A stretch of 64,000 nucleotides of DNA from an uncultured Gemmatimonadales bacterium. GTDB taxonomy: Bacteria; Gemmatimonadota; Gemmatimonadetes; Gemmatimonadales; Gemmatimonadaceae. The position numbers and the translations under genes were made by a program. The notes under the pieces were generated by a model, which searched no databases, was not told the origin of the DNA, and worked only from the letters and a program-made list of their open reading frames with translations. Shown in pieces: positions 53,916-62,641 of the stretch (positions are counted from its first letter, which is position 1; the number at the start of each line of letters is the position of its first letter). The DNA lies in contig CAWBZV010000005.1 of the NCBI GenBank assembly GCA_963793305.1, positions 1,440,001 to 1,504,000 on the forward strand, given 5' to 3'.

Positions 53916-55172
53916 CGTCTTGTAGCGCTCCATCAGCAGGTCTTGGCGCGATGGCGCCTTGACCTGCTGACCGCGCACAAAGACCGCCACGGTCTGCGTG
54001 CTGAACTCGAACGGATCGCCAGACCAGATGACGACGTTCCCGTCGCGCCCAGCCTGGAGCGTCCCGACGCGATCGGCGACGCCGAAGATCTCGGCGGGCG
54101 CGAGCGTGATCGCCTTGAGCGCCTCGTCCCACGACAAGCCATACGCGACCGAGGTCCCGGCCTCCTGCCGGATATTGCGCACGTTGAACGGCGACCCATC
54201 CTCTTCGCCCCCGTTGCCAATGAGCGCCACATTGACGCCGGCCTTGCGGAGCAGCGCGATGTTGTCGTGCCGCTGGCCCAGCTCCTCGAAGCTGTTCGGA
54301 ATGTTGTCCAACGCGCCCGTCAGCACCGGGATCTTCGCCGCAGCCAGTGCCGGCGCCACCTCCCATGCCTCGGCGCCACCGCCGACGATGAGCTTCACGC
54401 CGTACGCCTTGGTGATCGCCATCGCCTCGGTGATGTCGCTCGCCCGGTCGACGAACATGATGAGCGGCAGCCGGCCCTCGACGACGGGAATGAGTGCCTC
54501 GAGATCGGCGTGACTCGCCGACAGCGCCCGCGACTGCGCGCGATCATACGCCGCCTTGTTGGCCGCGTACGTCTTGACGTCGTCGAACAACTCGCGCAGC
54601 CGCGCCGCCATCTCGCCGCGCGTGTACCCTTCGGGCCCTCCCCCTCGACGCCCGAACCCGGCGCTCGTGTTGCCGAACTGCCCGACCATTGCCGCCGACG
54701 ACCGGACAATCATGTCGCTCGACGCGAGATCGACGAATCCCGCCTGTCCGAGGATGACGCCACTGCTTTGCGGGATATCGACGACGCTGGTGACGCCGTC
54801 GTTCCGCGCGGGTTGGATCATGATCGAGAGCGGGTTGAACCCATCGACGACGCGGAACGATGCGGCGACCCCATTTTCGCCACTGGCGCGCTCGTCGGAC
54901 GTACTCGATACCGCCTGAACTTCTTCAACCCCGAGCTCGGTCGCCGAATTGATGAGACCCGGCGTCACCCATTTGCCCGTGGCATCGATCGTCTGCGCAC
55001 CGGCCGGCACGCTGACGTTGGCGCCGACCGCGGCGATCTTGCCGTCGCGGATGATCACGGTTCCATGCTCGATCTTTGGCCCGCTCACCGGATACACCGT
55101 GCCGCCGGTGATGGCGATCGTCTGCGCCCGCGCCGCCGTGGCGGCGACTAGCGCGATCAAGGCGTATTTCAT
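53886..55172 (-). CDS. Amidohydrolase family, secreted, degenerate metal motif
   Basis: DATGKWVTPGLINSAT (no HxH), TLAPAEIFG, W.GDPF. Confidence 0.85.
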   Translation of the reverse strand: MKYALIALVAATAARAQTIAITGGTVYPVSGPKIEHGTVIIRDGKIAAVGANVSVPAGAQTIDATGKWVTPGLINSATELGVEEVQAVSSTSDERASGENGVAASFRVVDGFNPLSIMIQPARNDGVTSVVDIPQSSGVILGQAGFVDLASSDMIVRSSAAMVGQFGNTSAGFGRRGGGPEGYTRGEMAARLRELFDDVKTYAANKAAYDRAQSRALSASHADLEALIPVVEGRLPLIMFVDRASDITEAMAITKAYGVKLIVGGGAEAWEVAPALAAAKIPVLTGALDNIPNSFEELGQRHDNIALLRKAGVNVALIGNGGEEDGSPFNVRNIRQEAGTSVAYGLSWDEALKAITLAPAEIFGVADRVGTLQAGRDGNVVIWSGDPFEFSTQTVAVFVRGQQVKAPSRQDLLMERYKTLPRPAYRGP

Positions 55173-56620
55173 CGTCCAGCCTCCGCCGGCACGTACCCGA
55201 GGTCGAAGTCGGTTCTCCACCGATGGGCCGGATCCGAGCGATCATAGAGCATCGCGCCGTCGATCCAGACCTTCTCGGCGTGCGCGTAGACGCTGAACGG
55301 ATCGCCGGACCACAGGACCACGTCCGCGTCCTTGTTCGCCTCGAGCGACCCGATCTTGTCGTCCAGCCCGAGCGCCCACGCGGGGTTGATCGTCATCCAC
55401 TTCACGGCTTGATCTTCACTCACCGGGATGCCGATGGCCGCGCCGGCCGACATGGCCTTCGCGACTTCCTGATTGAGTCGCTGGTTCCCCTGGGGATCGT
55501 CGGAGTGGATCATCGCCTTCGCGCCCGCGTGATCGACGAGCGCCAGGTTGCCACGCACGGCGTCCTCGGCCTCCATCTTGAACATGCCCCAGTCCGCCCA
55601 GCCGGCCGCGCCGATGTTCTCCTTCGCGAGCAGGTCGCCGATCTTGTAGCACTCGACGCAGTGGTGGAACGCGCGGACGTGATAGCCGAACTCGTGCGAC
55701 ATGTCGATGATCTGCGCCATCTCGTCGGCACGATAGCAGTGCATCTGGACCAGAATGTTGCCCCGCAGCACCTCGGCCAGCGTCTCGAGGCCGAGATCGC
55801 GCTTGGGCGGCTCGCCCTTATGATCGGCGTTCCACTTGTCCCACGAGCGCCGGTACTCCTCGGCGGCGATCCACGCCTTGCGGTAGCCCGCCATGTTGCC
55901 CATGCGCGTCGACGGCCCGCGCTGCGCATACACGCGCTTCGGATTCTCGCCGCAGGCCATCTTCATACCGTACTTCGCGCCCGGGAATTTCATCTCCTGG
56001 ACCGTGCGGGCCGGCACCACTTTGAGAATCGCGCTCCGGCCGCCAATGAGATTGGCGGAGCCCGGCAGCACCTGAATCGTCGTCACGCCGCCCGAGATGC
56101 TGCGCGCGAACTGCGGATCTTGCGGCCAGACCGAGTGCTCGGCCCACACATAGGGCGTGGTCGGATCCGTCGCCTCGTTGCCGTCGGAGTTGGCATCGAC
56201 GCCCGGGGCAGGGTAGTCGCCCATGTGCGAGTGCACATCGATGATCCCCGGCGTCACGTACTTCCCGGTGCCGTCGATGACCACCGCATCGCCAGGCGCA
56301 TCCACGCTCGCGCCCACCGCGATGATCTTGCCGTCGCGCATCACGATCGACCCGTTCTGAATCGTCGGCCCCGCCGCCGTCAGAATCGTCGCGTTCTTGA
56401 TGACCGTCGTCTTCGACGGGAACGGCCGGTAGGTACTCGGATACGGATCCGCGTTGGGAACCGAGAGCGCGCCCGGTCCGGGCTTGCTCTCCGTCGCTTT
56501 CGAAGTGGTCGTCGTGTCCGGCTTCGCCGGCTCCGGGCCTGTTTTGACTTGGACTGGCGCGGGTGTGCACGCGGCCACCGCGCACAGCACGGCCATTGGG
56601 AGTCTATGCATGGGCGCCAA
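55169..56620 (-). CDS. Amidohydrolase family lipoprotein
   Basis: TPGIIDVHSH, KMACGENPKRVY, HSDD, KDADVVLWSGDPF. Confidence 0.9.
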   Translation of the reverse strand: MAPMHRLPMAVLCAVAACTPAPVQVKTGPEPAKPDTTTTSKATESKPGPGALSVPNADPYPSTYRPFPSKTTVIKNATILTAAGPTIQNGSIVMRDGKIIAVGASVDAPGDAVVIDGTGKYVTPGIIDVHSHMGDYPAPGVDANSDGNEATDPTTPYVWAEHSVWPQDPQFARSISGGVTTIQVLPGSANLIGGRSAILKVVPARTVQEMKFPGAKYGMKMACGENPKRVYAQRGPSTRMGNMAGYRKAWIAAEEYRRSWDKWNADHKGEPPKRDLGLETLAEVLRGNILVQMHCYRADEMAQIIDMSHEFGYHVRAFHHCVECYKIGDLLAKENIGAAGWADWGMFKMEAEDAVRGNLALVDHAGAKAMIHSDDPQGNQRLNQEVAKAMSAGAAIGIPVSEDQAVKWMTINPAWALGLDDKIGSLEANKDADVVLWSGDPFSVYAHAEKVWIDGAMLYDRSDPAHRWRTDFDLGYVPAEAGR

Positions 56621-56659
56621 TACTACCGCCCATGCGTGCCGAGGGCTAGAGGCGCCGCG

Positions 56660-57317
56660 TTACACAAACGTCCCGGCGATATCCGAGCAGATCGCATCCA
56701 CGCCGAGCGCGTCCAGCGCGGCAAAGTCGGCGCGTTCGTTGACGGTCCACGCGATGACGCGCCCCCCGGCGTCGTGCACCAGCCGCACGAGATCGCGGTC
56801 GATGAACGACCACTGCAGCCAGTAGTCCCTGGCCCCGGCGTTTTGGAGAGCGCCACCCGGATCGATGAGGTAACTGTCGAGCAGGATGCCCGTCGGAATG
56901 CTCGGCCGAATCGAGGTGACCCTCGCGGCGACCCGGTGGTCAAACGCATGGACCGCGGTCGGCACTCTCGCATAGTCCAACACCTCGATCACGGCCTCCT
57001 CGATCCCCTTGGCTTTCACCTCGACATATACGACCGGCGGCGGTGTAGCCTTCGCCATGCGATCGAGAAGAGCCGCCAGGGTCGGAATCTCGACCCCGGG
57101 CGCCAGCGGATACCGGTGCAGTTCGGTGAGCGTCAGGGTATTGATTAAGGGTCCGTGTCGAATGTTCGGGTCGTGGTGCACGACGACCACCCCATCTTTC
57201 GTCGCGTGGACGTTCGAGCTCAATTCCATGGACCTTCTGCCGTACCGCCAACTCGAAGCCCGGTAACGAGTTCTCAGGCTCCTGGCGCGGGACGCCCCGA
57301 TGCGCGATGATCTCCAC
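56660..57317 (-). CDS. Glycerophosphodiester phosphodiesterase; frameshift ~57214
   Basis: IIAHRG...PENSL..F, VHATKDG..VV.HD, VEVK, AWTVN, GVDAICSD. Confidence 0.88.
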
Positions 57318-57339
57318 TCATGAACGTTAACGTTGGCCG

Positions 57340-57946
57340 ATGACTGGCGTCAGACCTGTGAGGAAGGGCGTCTCTCCAGAACCTGATGGTGCCGGGTCAG
57401 ACGAGGCGATCGACCGGGAATTAATTGCCCGGTGGCTCGCGGGCGACCAACGGGCGGCGACGACGCTCGTGGAGCGGCATGCAACCGCGTTGTCACGGTT
57501 CGCGGCGGCCATGGGTGGAATGACTGGATCTGACGTTCGATGAGCTGGTACAAGATACATTCGTTCGCGCGTTCAACTCGCTGGAGTCGTTCCGCGGCGA
57601 GAGCTCGCTCCGGACGTGGCTCTTCACGATCGAACGCCGGCTCATGCTCGACCGGCGGCGCGCCGAGCGCCGGCGGCCGGAAAAGATGCCGGTGGCGGAA
57701 GGCGATGCCGCGAGCGAGTACACCGCGCTCGATGGGATCGTGGCGGATGAGATGCAGGAGCGGGTGCGCGTGGCGGTCGATCGGTTGACCGCGCTGCAGC
57801 GGGAGGTCTTCACGTTGCGCGTGACCGAAGGGTTGTCGTACAAGGAAATCGCCGATATCGTCGGCTCGACGGAAGGCGCGGCGCGCGTGCACTATCATCA
57901 TGCGATGCGGGCCGTGAAGGAATATCTGGGAGTGCCACATGCGTGA
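57340..57946 (+). CDS. ECF RNA polymerase sigma factor; frameshift ~57537
   Basis: DRELIAR..AGDQRA; DELVQDTFVRA...FRGESSLRTWLF; QREVFTLR..EGLSYKEIA. Confidence 0.88.
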
Positions 57947-58487
57947 GTGTCAGGACGAGACGGTCAAAGACGTGTTGCCCGAGTTCGCCGCGGGTCGCCT
58001 GGGTGCGGCCGACGCGGCTCGTGTGACTGCCCACGTCGAGGCGTGTCCCTCCTGCGCGGCGGAGTTAGCGGTCGTGCGCGCAGCGCACGCTGCGTTCCGG
58101 GCGCCGGCGGTTGACGTCGCCCGCATCGTCGCCGCGCTCCCAACGCCTCCCGCGAAGGTGATCGAGCTTGCGCCACGTATGCGCAAGCGCCGGTTTACCT
58201 CCTGGCGCATTGCCGCGACGATCGCGACGATCGCCGTGAGCGGCGTCTCGATCGGCGTGCTCCAAGGTGTCCTGCGCGACAACAAGCCGCCCGCCGTCAA
58301 GCGGGTGGTCTTGAAGGCGAGTGACGCAGCCGAGGCCTCCGGACTCAGCGTCGGCGGAAGCCTGAACGACCTGAGCGACAAGGAGATGCAGACGCTGCTC
58401 GACAAGCTGGATGAGCTCGACGCGGTCCCGTCGGCCGAGCCTCAACCAGCGGTATCAGGCATGCGCGCGGCCGCTGGAGTCCAATGA
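57939..58487 (+). CDS. Zinc-finger (HxxxCxxC) anti-sigma factor
   Basis: AHVEACPSC plus one TM. Confidence 0.85.
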   Translation: MRECQDETVKDVLPEFAAGRLGAADAARVTAHVEACPSCAAELAVVRAAHAAFRAPAVDVARIVAALPTPPAKVIELAPRMRKRRFTSWRIAATIATIAVSGVSIGVLQGVLRDNKPPAVKRVVLKASDAAEASGLSVGGSLNDLSDKEMQTLLDKLDELDAVPSAEPQPAVSGMRAAAGVQ

Positions 58488-58993
58488 TCGTTCGGCTTGT
58501 ATGGGCGCTGTCGTTGATCGCTACGACCGCTCTGGCACAGGACGCGGCGCAGCAGAATGTGGACTCGTCGCCGGGGCGGAAGGCGCTGGCCCAGCAAATC
58601 CGCCAGCGCTGGCAGCAGATCGTGCGCGATCGCTTGGGCCTGAACGAGGTCCAGATGCGGCAGTTGCAGGAAACCACGCGCCATTTCAACGCGCAACGGA
58701 ACACGCTCAATCAGCAGGAGCGCGCGATCCGCATCGAGATGCGCGATCAGGTGACGGGCGTGGCGCCGACGGATGACAAGCACCTCGCGGCGATGATCGA
58801 CACGGTGCTCGATCTCCAGCGCCAGCGTCTGGAGCTCACGCGGAACGAGCAGCGGGAATTGTCGTTATTTCTGACGCCGCTCCAGCGCGTCAAGTACCTC
58901 GCGCTCCAGGAGCAGCTGCGCCAGCAGATGGAGCGACTACGCCAGGCCTCGCTCGCGCGTGGGCAGACCCCCGAGGACAGCGCCGCGTTTTAG
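58484..58993 (+). CDS. Periplasmic Spy/CpxP-like helical protein
   Basis: Signal peptide; RLGLNEVQ; FLTPLQR motif. Confidence 0.72.
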   Translation: MIVRLVWALSLIATTALAQDAAQQNVDSSPGRKALAQQIRQRWQQIVRDRLGLNEVQMRQLQETTRHFNAQRNTLNQQERAIRIEMRDQVTGVAPTDDKHLAAMIDTVLDLQRQRLELTRNEQRELSLFLTPLQRVKYLALQEQLRQQMERLRQASLARGQTPEDSAAF

Positions 58994-60454
58994 CGCGGCC
59001 AGCACCGCTTCCACCGCCGGCGAGATCCGCGTCAGTTGGGGCACTGGCGGCAACGCCTCATTGCGTAACCCTTCCTCCGCCCGCGCGGCGAAGTCTTTGA
59101 GATCGTTGTCTCGCGCCAACATCGCTAGCAAGCGGTAGGCGAGCGATGCCGTCGAAGGCTGCCCCAGTCGCCGATACCCGTCGCCGAGGCGATAGTAGAA
59201 CTGCGCTTTGAGCCGGGTCCCTATGGGCCCGGACTCGATCGCCCGGCGCCACTCCTCGAACGTGGTCGCGTCGCCATCGTCGCCGGCCAGCCGCAGCAGG
59301 TTGATCGCGGCATTGAGCCGGATGTCCGGCTGCTCCGTCATATCGTAGAGGATGTGCAGGGCATCCCGCGCGCCGGCCCGAGCGCCGATCGCCGAGAGTG
59401 TGCTCGCCAGGTCAGCGAGGGCCCGCATCTGTGAGCGGACGTCATCGTAGCCCGCGAACGCCTCGTAGAGTAACGGCGCGGCGGCCTCGTATTGCCCTAA
59501 CCGCACGGCTATCGCGCCGCGCTCATGGCACGCCCGCGACCGCGTCTCGCGGTGGGCCTCGCGCTCGGGGTTCGCCTCGGCGATCACCTCGTCGAGGATA
59601 TCGGTGGCGGTCTCGATATCCCCCTGCTCAATCGCCAGGTCGGCTTCCGACACGCGAATGCGGAGGGCGCCGGTCGTATCCGACAACATGCGCGCCACGC
59701 GCAATCCGCGCTGGTAGATCGCGCTCGCCTGGCAGATGCGGCCGAGTTGCCGATGGGAGAGGCCGAGCCGCAAATACACGAGCGGGATGCCTTCGTGCTC
59801 GTCGGGCCGATGCGCTTGCTCCAGCAGCGTTTCGTAGACATCGATCGCCAGCGGCCACTCGCCGGCTTCCTCGAGCAGCAGGCCGTAGGCGAACAGGAGC
59901 TTGGGGATCGACCCGACATCCTCCGTCGCGAACTCGCGCATCGCGTCGGTCATCTTGAGGAGGACTTCGTGCACGCGATCGTCATCAACGTCGTCTATGG
60001 CGCGTCGCACCAGCACGTACTCTTTGAGCGTCGGTGTCCGTCCCGTCACGTTGCGCACCGCCCACCGATCGATGAGGCGCAGCGTCAGCAGTCCCGCCGT
60101 CATCTCGCGCCAAATGGGCGAGTTGTCATCGGAGATCTCGGCGACCCGGCGAAAGAATGCCCCGTGCGACAGGCCGCCGCTCGCTGGCTCTTCATCGTCC
60201 TCCACGCCCTCGATCGCCGACATCGGCAGCGGCGGAACGATCTCGGCGGTCAGCGCTTCCGGCTCCGTCGGCGCGCTCGTCTCGACCGGGCGCCAGTAGA
60301 ACTCGAGCTTGACGTTGCCTTGGCTGTCACGCGTGACGCGCTTCTCGCGCACGAATCCGTTGCAGCATTTCGCCGCATCGTCGGCGGCGACCCACGAGTG
60401 CTTCAAGGGCCCGGTGCAGAGATAGATGCCCGCCGGGGTCGAAGCGTCAGCCAT
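58937..60454 (-). CDS. TPR-like helical repeat protein with small N-terminal Cys/His domain
   Basis: Repeats such as YGLLLEEAGEWPLAIDVY and LGLSHRQLGR..QA..IY. Confidence 0.75.
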   Translation of the reverse strand: MADASTPAGIYLCTGPLKHSWVAADDAAKCCNGFVREKRVTRDSQGNVKLEFYWRPVETSAPTEPEALTAEIVPPLPMSAIEGVEDDEEPASGGLSHGAFFRRVAEISDDNSPIWREMTAGLLTLRLIDRWAVRNVTGRTPTLKEYVLVRRAIDDVDDDRVHEVLLKMTDAMREFATEDVGSIPKLLFAYGLLLEEAGEWPLAIDVYETLLEQAHRPDEHEGIPLVYLRLGLSHRQLGRICQASAIYQRGLRVARMLSDTTGALRIRVSEADLAIEQGDIETATDILDEVIAEANPEREAHRETRSRACHERGAIAVRLGQYEAAAPLLYEAFAGYDDVRSQMRALADLASTLSAIGARAGARDALHILYDMTEQPDIRLNAAINLLRLAGDDGDATTFEEWRRAIESGPIGTRLKAQFYYRLGDGYRRLGQPSTASLAYRLLAMLARDNDLKDFAARAEEGLRNEALPPVPQLTRISPAVEAVLAALKRGAVLGGLPTRERGLA

Positions 60455-60774
60455 GGTCACGGAAACTATTTGGTTTTGTGCCGCACACCAGAATGCGGCG
60501 GTGCTGCGACACATCGATACATCACTGTGTACTCGGTGTGGATACCGAGATGTGCACAGCGCCTGCGGCGACCGCGCACAGCGCTACTGTTGCACAAGCG
60601 GCCGAACATGAGACGTTTCACATCAACTCGATCGCGCGGCGACCGCGTACGGCGCCCCGGGCGGACGATCGAAGCGCAAACAGGTTCATGTGAACGCTTC
60701 ATGTCCGGTCGAAGCGCTTCACACGGGCCGGATGTGACAGGCTTCATGTCCGCTCAAGCGCGCACGACCGCGCA

Positions 60775-60820
60775 GTGTCGCCAGACGCTGTCACCAGACA
60801 CTGTCACCAGACGCTGTCAG
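60775..60820 (+). repeat. 13-bp tandem repeat (CTGTCACCAGACR) x~3.5
   Basis: Seen directly. Confidence 0.88.
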
Positions 60821-60849
60821 CGGTCGCCGAAGGCGCTGCGTACTTCGCG

Positions 60850-61725
60850 CTATGCAGGAACAGCGCGCAGCGCGGTCTCCAGAATCTGGCGCACGCGAGC
60901 GCGATCAGCCTCGCTGAGGTCACGAAGCGGTGGCCTAACGGGACCGCCGTACAATCCAACTTCGTCCATAGCCGCCTTCACGCCAGGCACGCCGAGCTCT
61001 CCGACGATCTCGCGAGCGACTGGCGTGAGCTGGTCCTGGAGCTCCCCGTTCTCCCAAACGGCCTCGGTCAGCGCCGGCACGATGAGCGCGACCGCAAGAA
61101 TGCCGCCGCGAACCCCTGCGGCCACGGCACGCGCCAGCGTCCCCCCGTGCCCGGTCAGCACGCTGAACGTATCCGACTGCGCCTCGAGGTATCCGGCGAG
61201 CACGGCGGCGTCCCCGCCCGAGTCCTTGATGCCAATGATATTCGGATGCCCCGCCAGCTCCCGCACAACCGCGGGCGGAATCGCGTAGTGCATGTACTTG
61301 GGTATGCTATAGAGTACGACGGGCGCCCGGCTGGAATCGGCCACGGCCCGATAGTGGGCGAGCAAGGCAGCCGGAGTACTGCTGTCCGGGTAATAGTGCG
61401 GCCCCACGACCAGCACGGCGTCCGCGCCGAGCGACGACGCCTCGGCCGCCCGCCGGATGGTATGCCGCGTCGACTCGGCCCCAACGCCGGCGATGAGCCA
61501 CCGGTCCGCGGGCACGACGTCCCTCGCCGCGGTCAGCAATCGCCGCCGCTCGTCCTCATCGAGCAGCGCCGCCTCACCGGTCGATCCGGTGACGACGATG
61601 CCATGGCACCCGGCGCCGAGATGCGCGCGGATATTGTCGGCGAACGCCCGAATCGCGAGCTGCCCCTCGCCCGCCTCGAACGGCGTGGTCACGGGGGCAA
61701 GGATGCCTTTCAAGACTGAAATCAT
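60850..61725 (-). CDS. Dihydrodipicolinate synthase/class I aldolase family
   Basis: PVTTPF, GSTGEA, VLYSIP, IIGIKDSGG. Confidence 0.9.
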   Translation of the reverse strand: MISVLKGILAPVTTPFEAGEGQLAIRAFADNIRAHLGAGCHGIVVTGSTGEAALLDEDERRRLLTAARDVVPADRWLIAGVGAESTRHTIRRAAEASSLGADAVLVVGPHYYPDSSTPAALLAHYRAVADSSRAPVVLYSIPKYMHYAIPPAVVRELAGHPNIIGIKDSGGDAAVLAGYLEAQSDTFSVLTGHGGTLARAVAAGVRGGILAVALIVPALTEAVWENGELQDQLTPVAREIVGELGVPGVKAAMDEVGLYGGPVRPPLRDLSEADRARVRQILETALRAVPA

Positions 61726-61736
61726 GGGACGAAAAT

Positions 61737-62621
61737 TTAATCGTGCTCCAAGATGCGCGCCGCCAGCTCCCGCACGATCTTCGCGGCGACCCACGGCGTG
61801 ATGCCGGCGGGATCGAGGCCGGGATTGCACTCGACAACGTCCGCGCCAATCACGGTCCCCCGCACGCGCTGAATGATCTCGATCACCTGACGGGTCGAGA
61901 AGCCACCCGGCTCACGGTGCGCCACACCGGGAGCGAACGCGGGGTCGAGCCCATCGAGATCGACCGACACATAGAGCGGCTCGGCGAAGCTGAACACCCG
62001 CCCGTCGGTCCAGTCTCGCATGGTCACGACCTCGACGCCGAATCGATCAGCCTGTTCTCTCAGGTGGCGATTCATCGTACGAATGCCCACCTGGACGAGC
62101 CGATCGGCGAGCCCTTCTTCCATGATCCGCGCGAAAGGACACGCGTGAGAGTACTTGTGCGGCTCCGCCGCACGTCGATGCGCTTCGCGCTCGACTGGTC
62201 GGTTGGAACGGAGCTCGATAGAGCTGAGCTCCGGGGCGAAGTTGTCGTAGAGATCCGAGTGGGCATCGATGTGCAGGATGGCGAGCCGCGGAAACCGCCG
62301 CCGCACGGCCCGGATGAGCGGATACGTAATGGAGTGATCGCCACCGAGCACAATTGGTCTGTTGCTCGAAGCCATCACTGCGGCCATCGCCGCCTCGATG
62401 CGTACCCGGATATCGTCGTCCGTGCCAGTGACGCCCACGTCCCCCGCGTCGATCAGCGTACCCGGCGCCCGCACATCGACCATGGACTCCGTCCAACCGT
62501 TCGTCGCGCTGGACGTGAACGCGTCCCGGATCGCGGCGGGACCTTCCGCGGCCCCGCGCTGAAACGATGAGGCTGCGTCGTACGGAACGCCGAGCAAAGC
62601 GATGCGTGCGTGATCGGGCAT
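61737..62621 (-). CDS. Agmatinase/arginase family ureohydrolase, with ~24-aa in-frame insertion
   Basis: LGGDHSITY, HIDAHSDL, SHACPF, SVDLDGLDPAFAPGV. Confidence 0.92.
   Translation of the reverse strand: MPDHARIALLGVPYDAASSFQRGAAEGPAAIRDAFTSSATNGWTESMVDVRAPGTLIDAGDVGVTGTDDDIRVRIEAAMAAVMASSNRPIVLGGDHSITYPLIRAVRRRFPRLAILHIDAHSDLYDNFAPELSSIELRSNRPVEREAHRRAAEPHKYSHACPFARIMEEGLADRLVQVGIRTMNRHLREQADRFGVEVVTMRDWTDGRVFSFAEPLYVSVDLDGLDPAFAPGVAHREPGGFSTRQVIEIIQRVRGTVIGADVVECNPGLDPAGITPWVAAKIVRELAARILEHD
62161..62232 (-). repeat. Double-hairpin element, copy C, in frame inside the agmatinase-like gene (~72 bp)
   Basis: Minus strand GGAGCTCAGCTCTATCGAGCTCC-GT-TCCAACCGACCAGTCGAGC-GCGAAGC-GCATCGACGTGCGGCGGAGC. 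Confidence 0.85.
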
Positions 62622-62641
62622 GAGGCCCAATATTAGTACCC

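Noticed and set aside
59525..61288. Long alternative-frame and antisense ORFs (also 11561-13273, 55223-57148 and similar)
   Set aside because: Shadows of real genes in high-GC DNA, with Arg/Ala-rich composition and no motifs.
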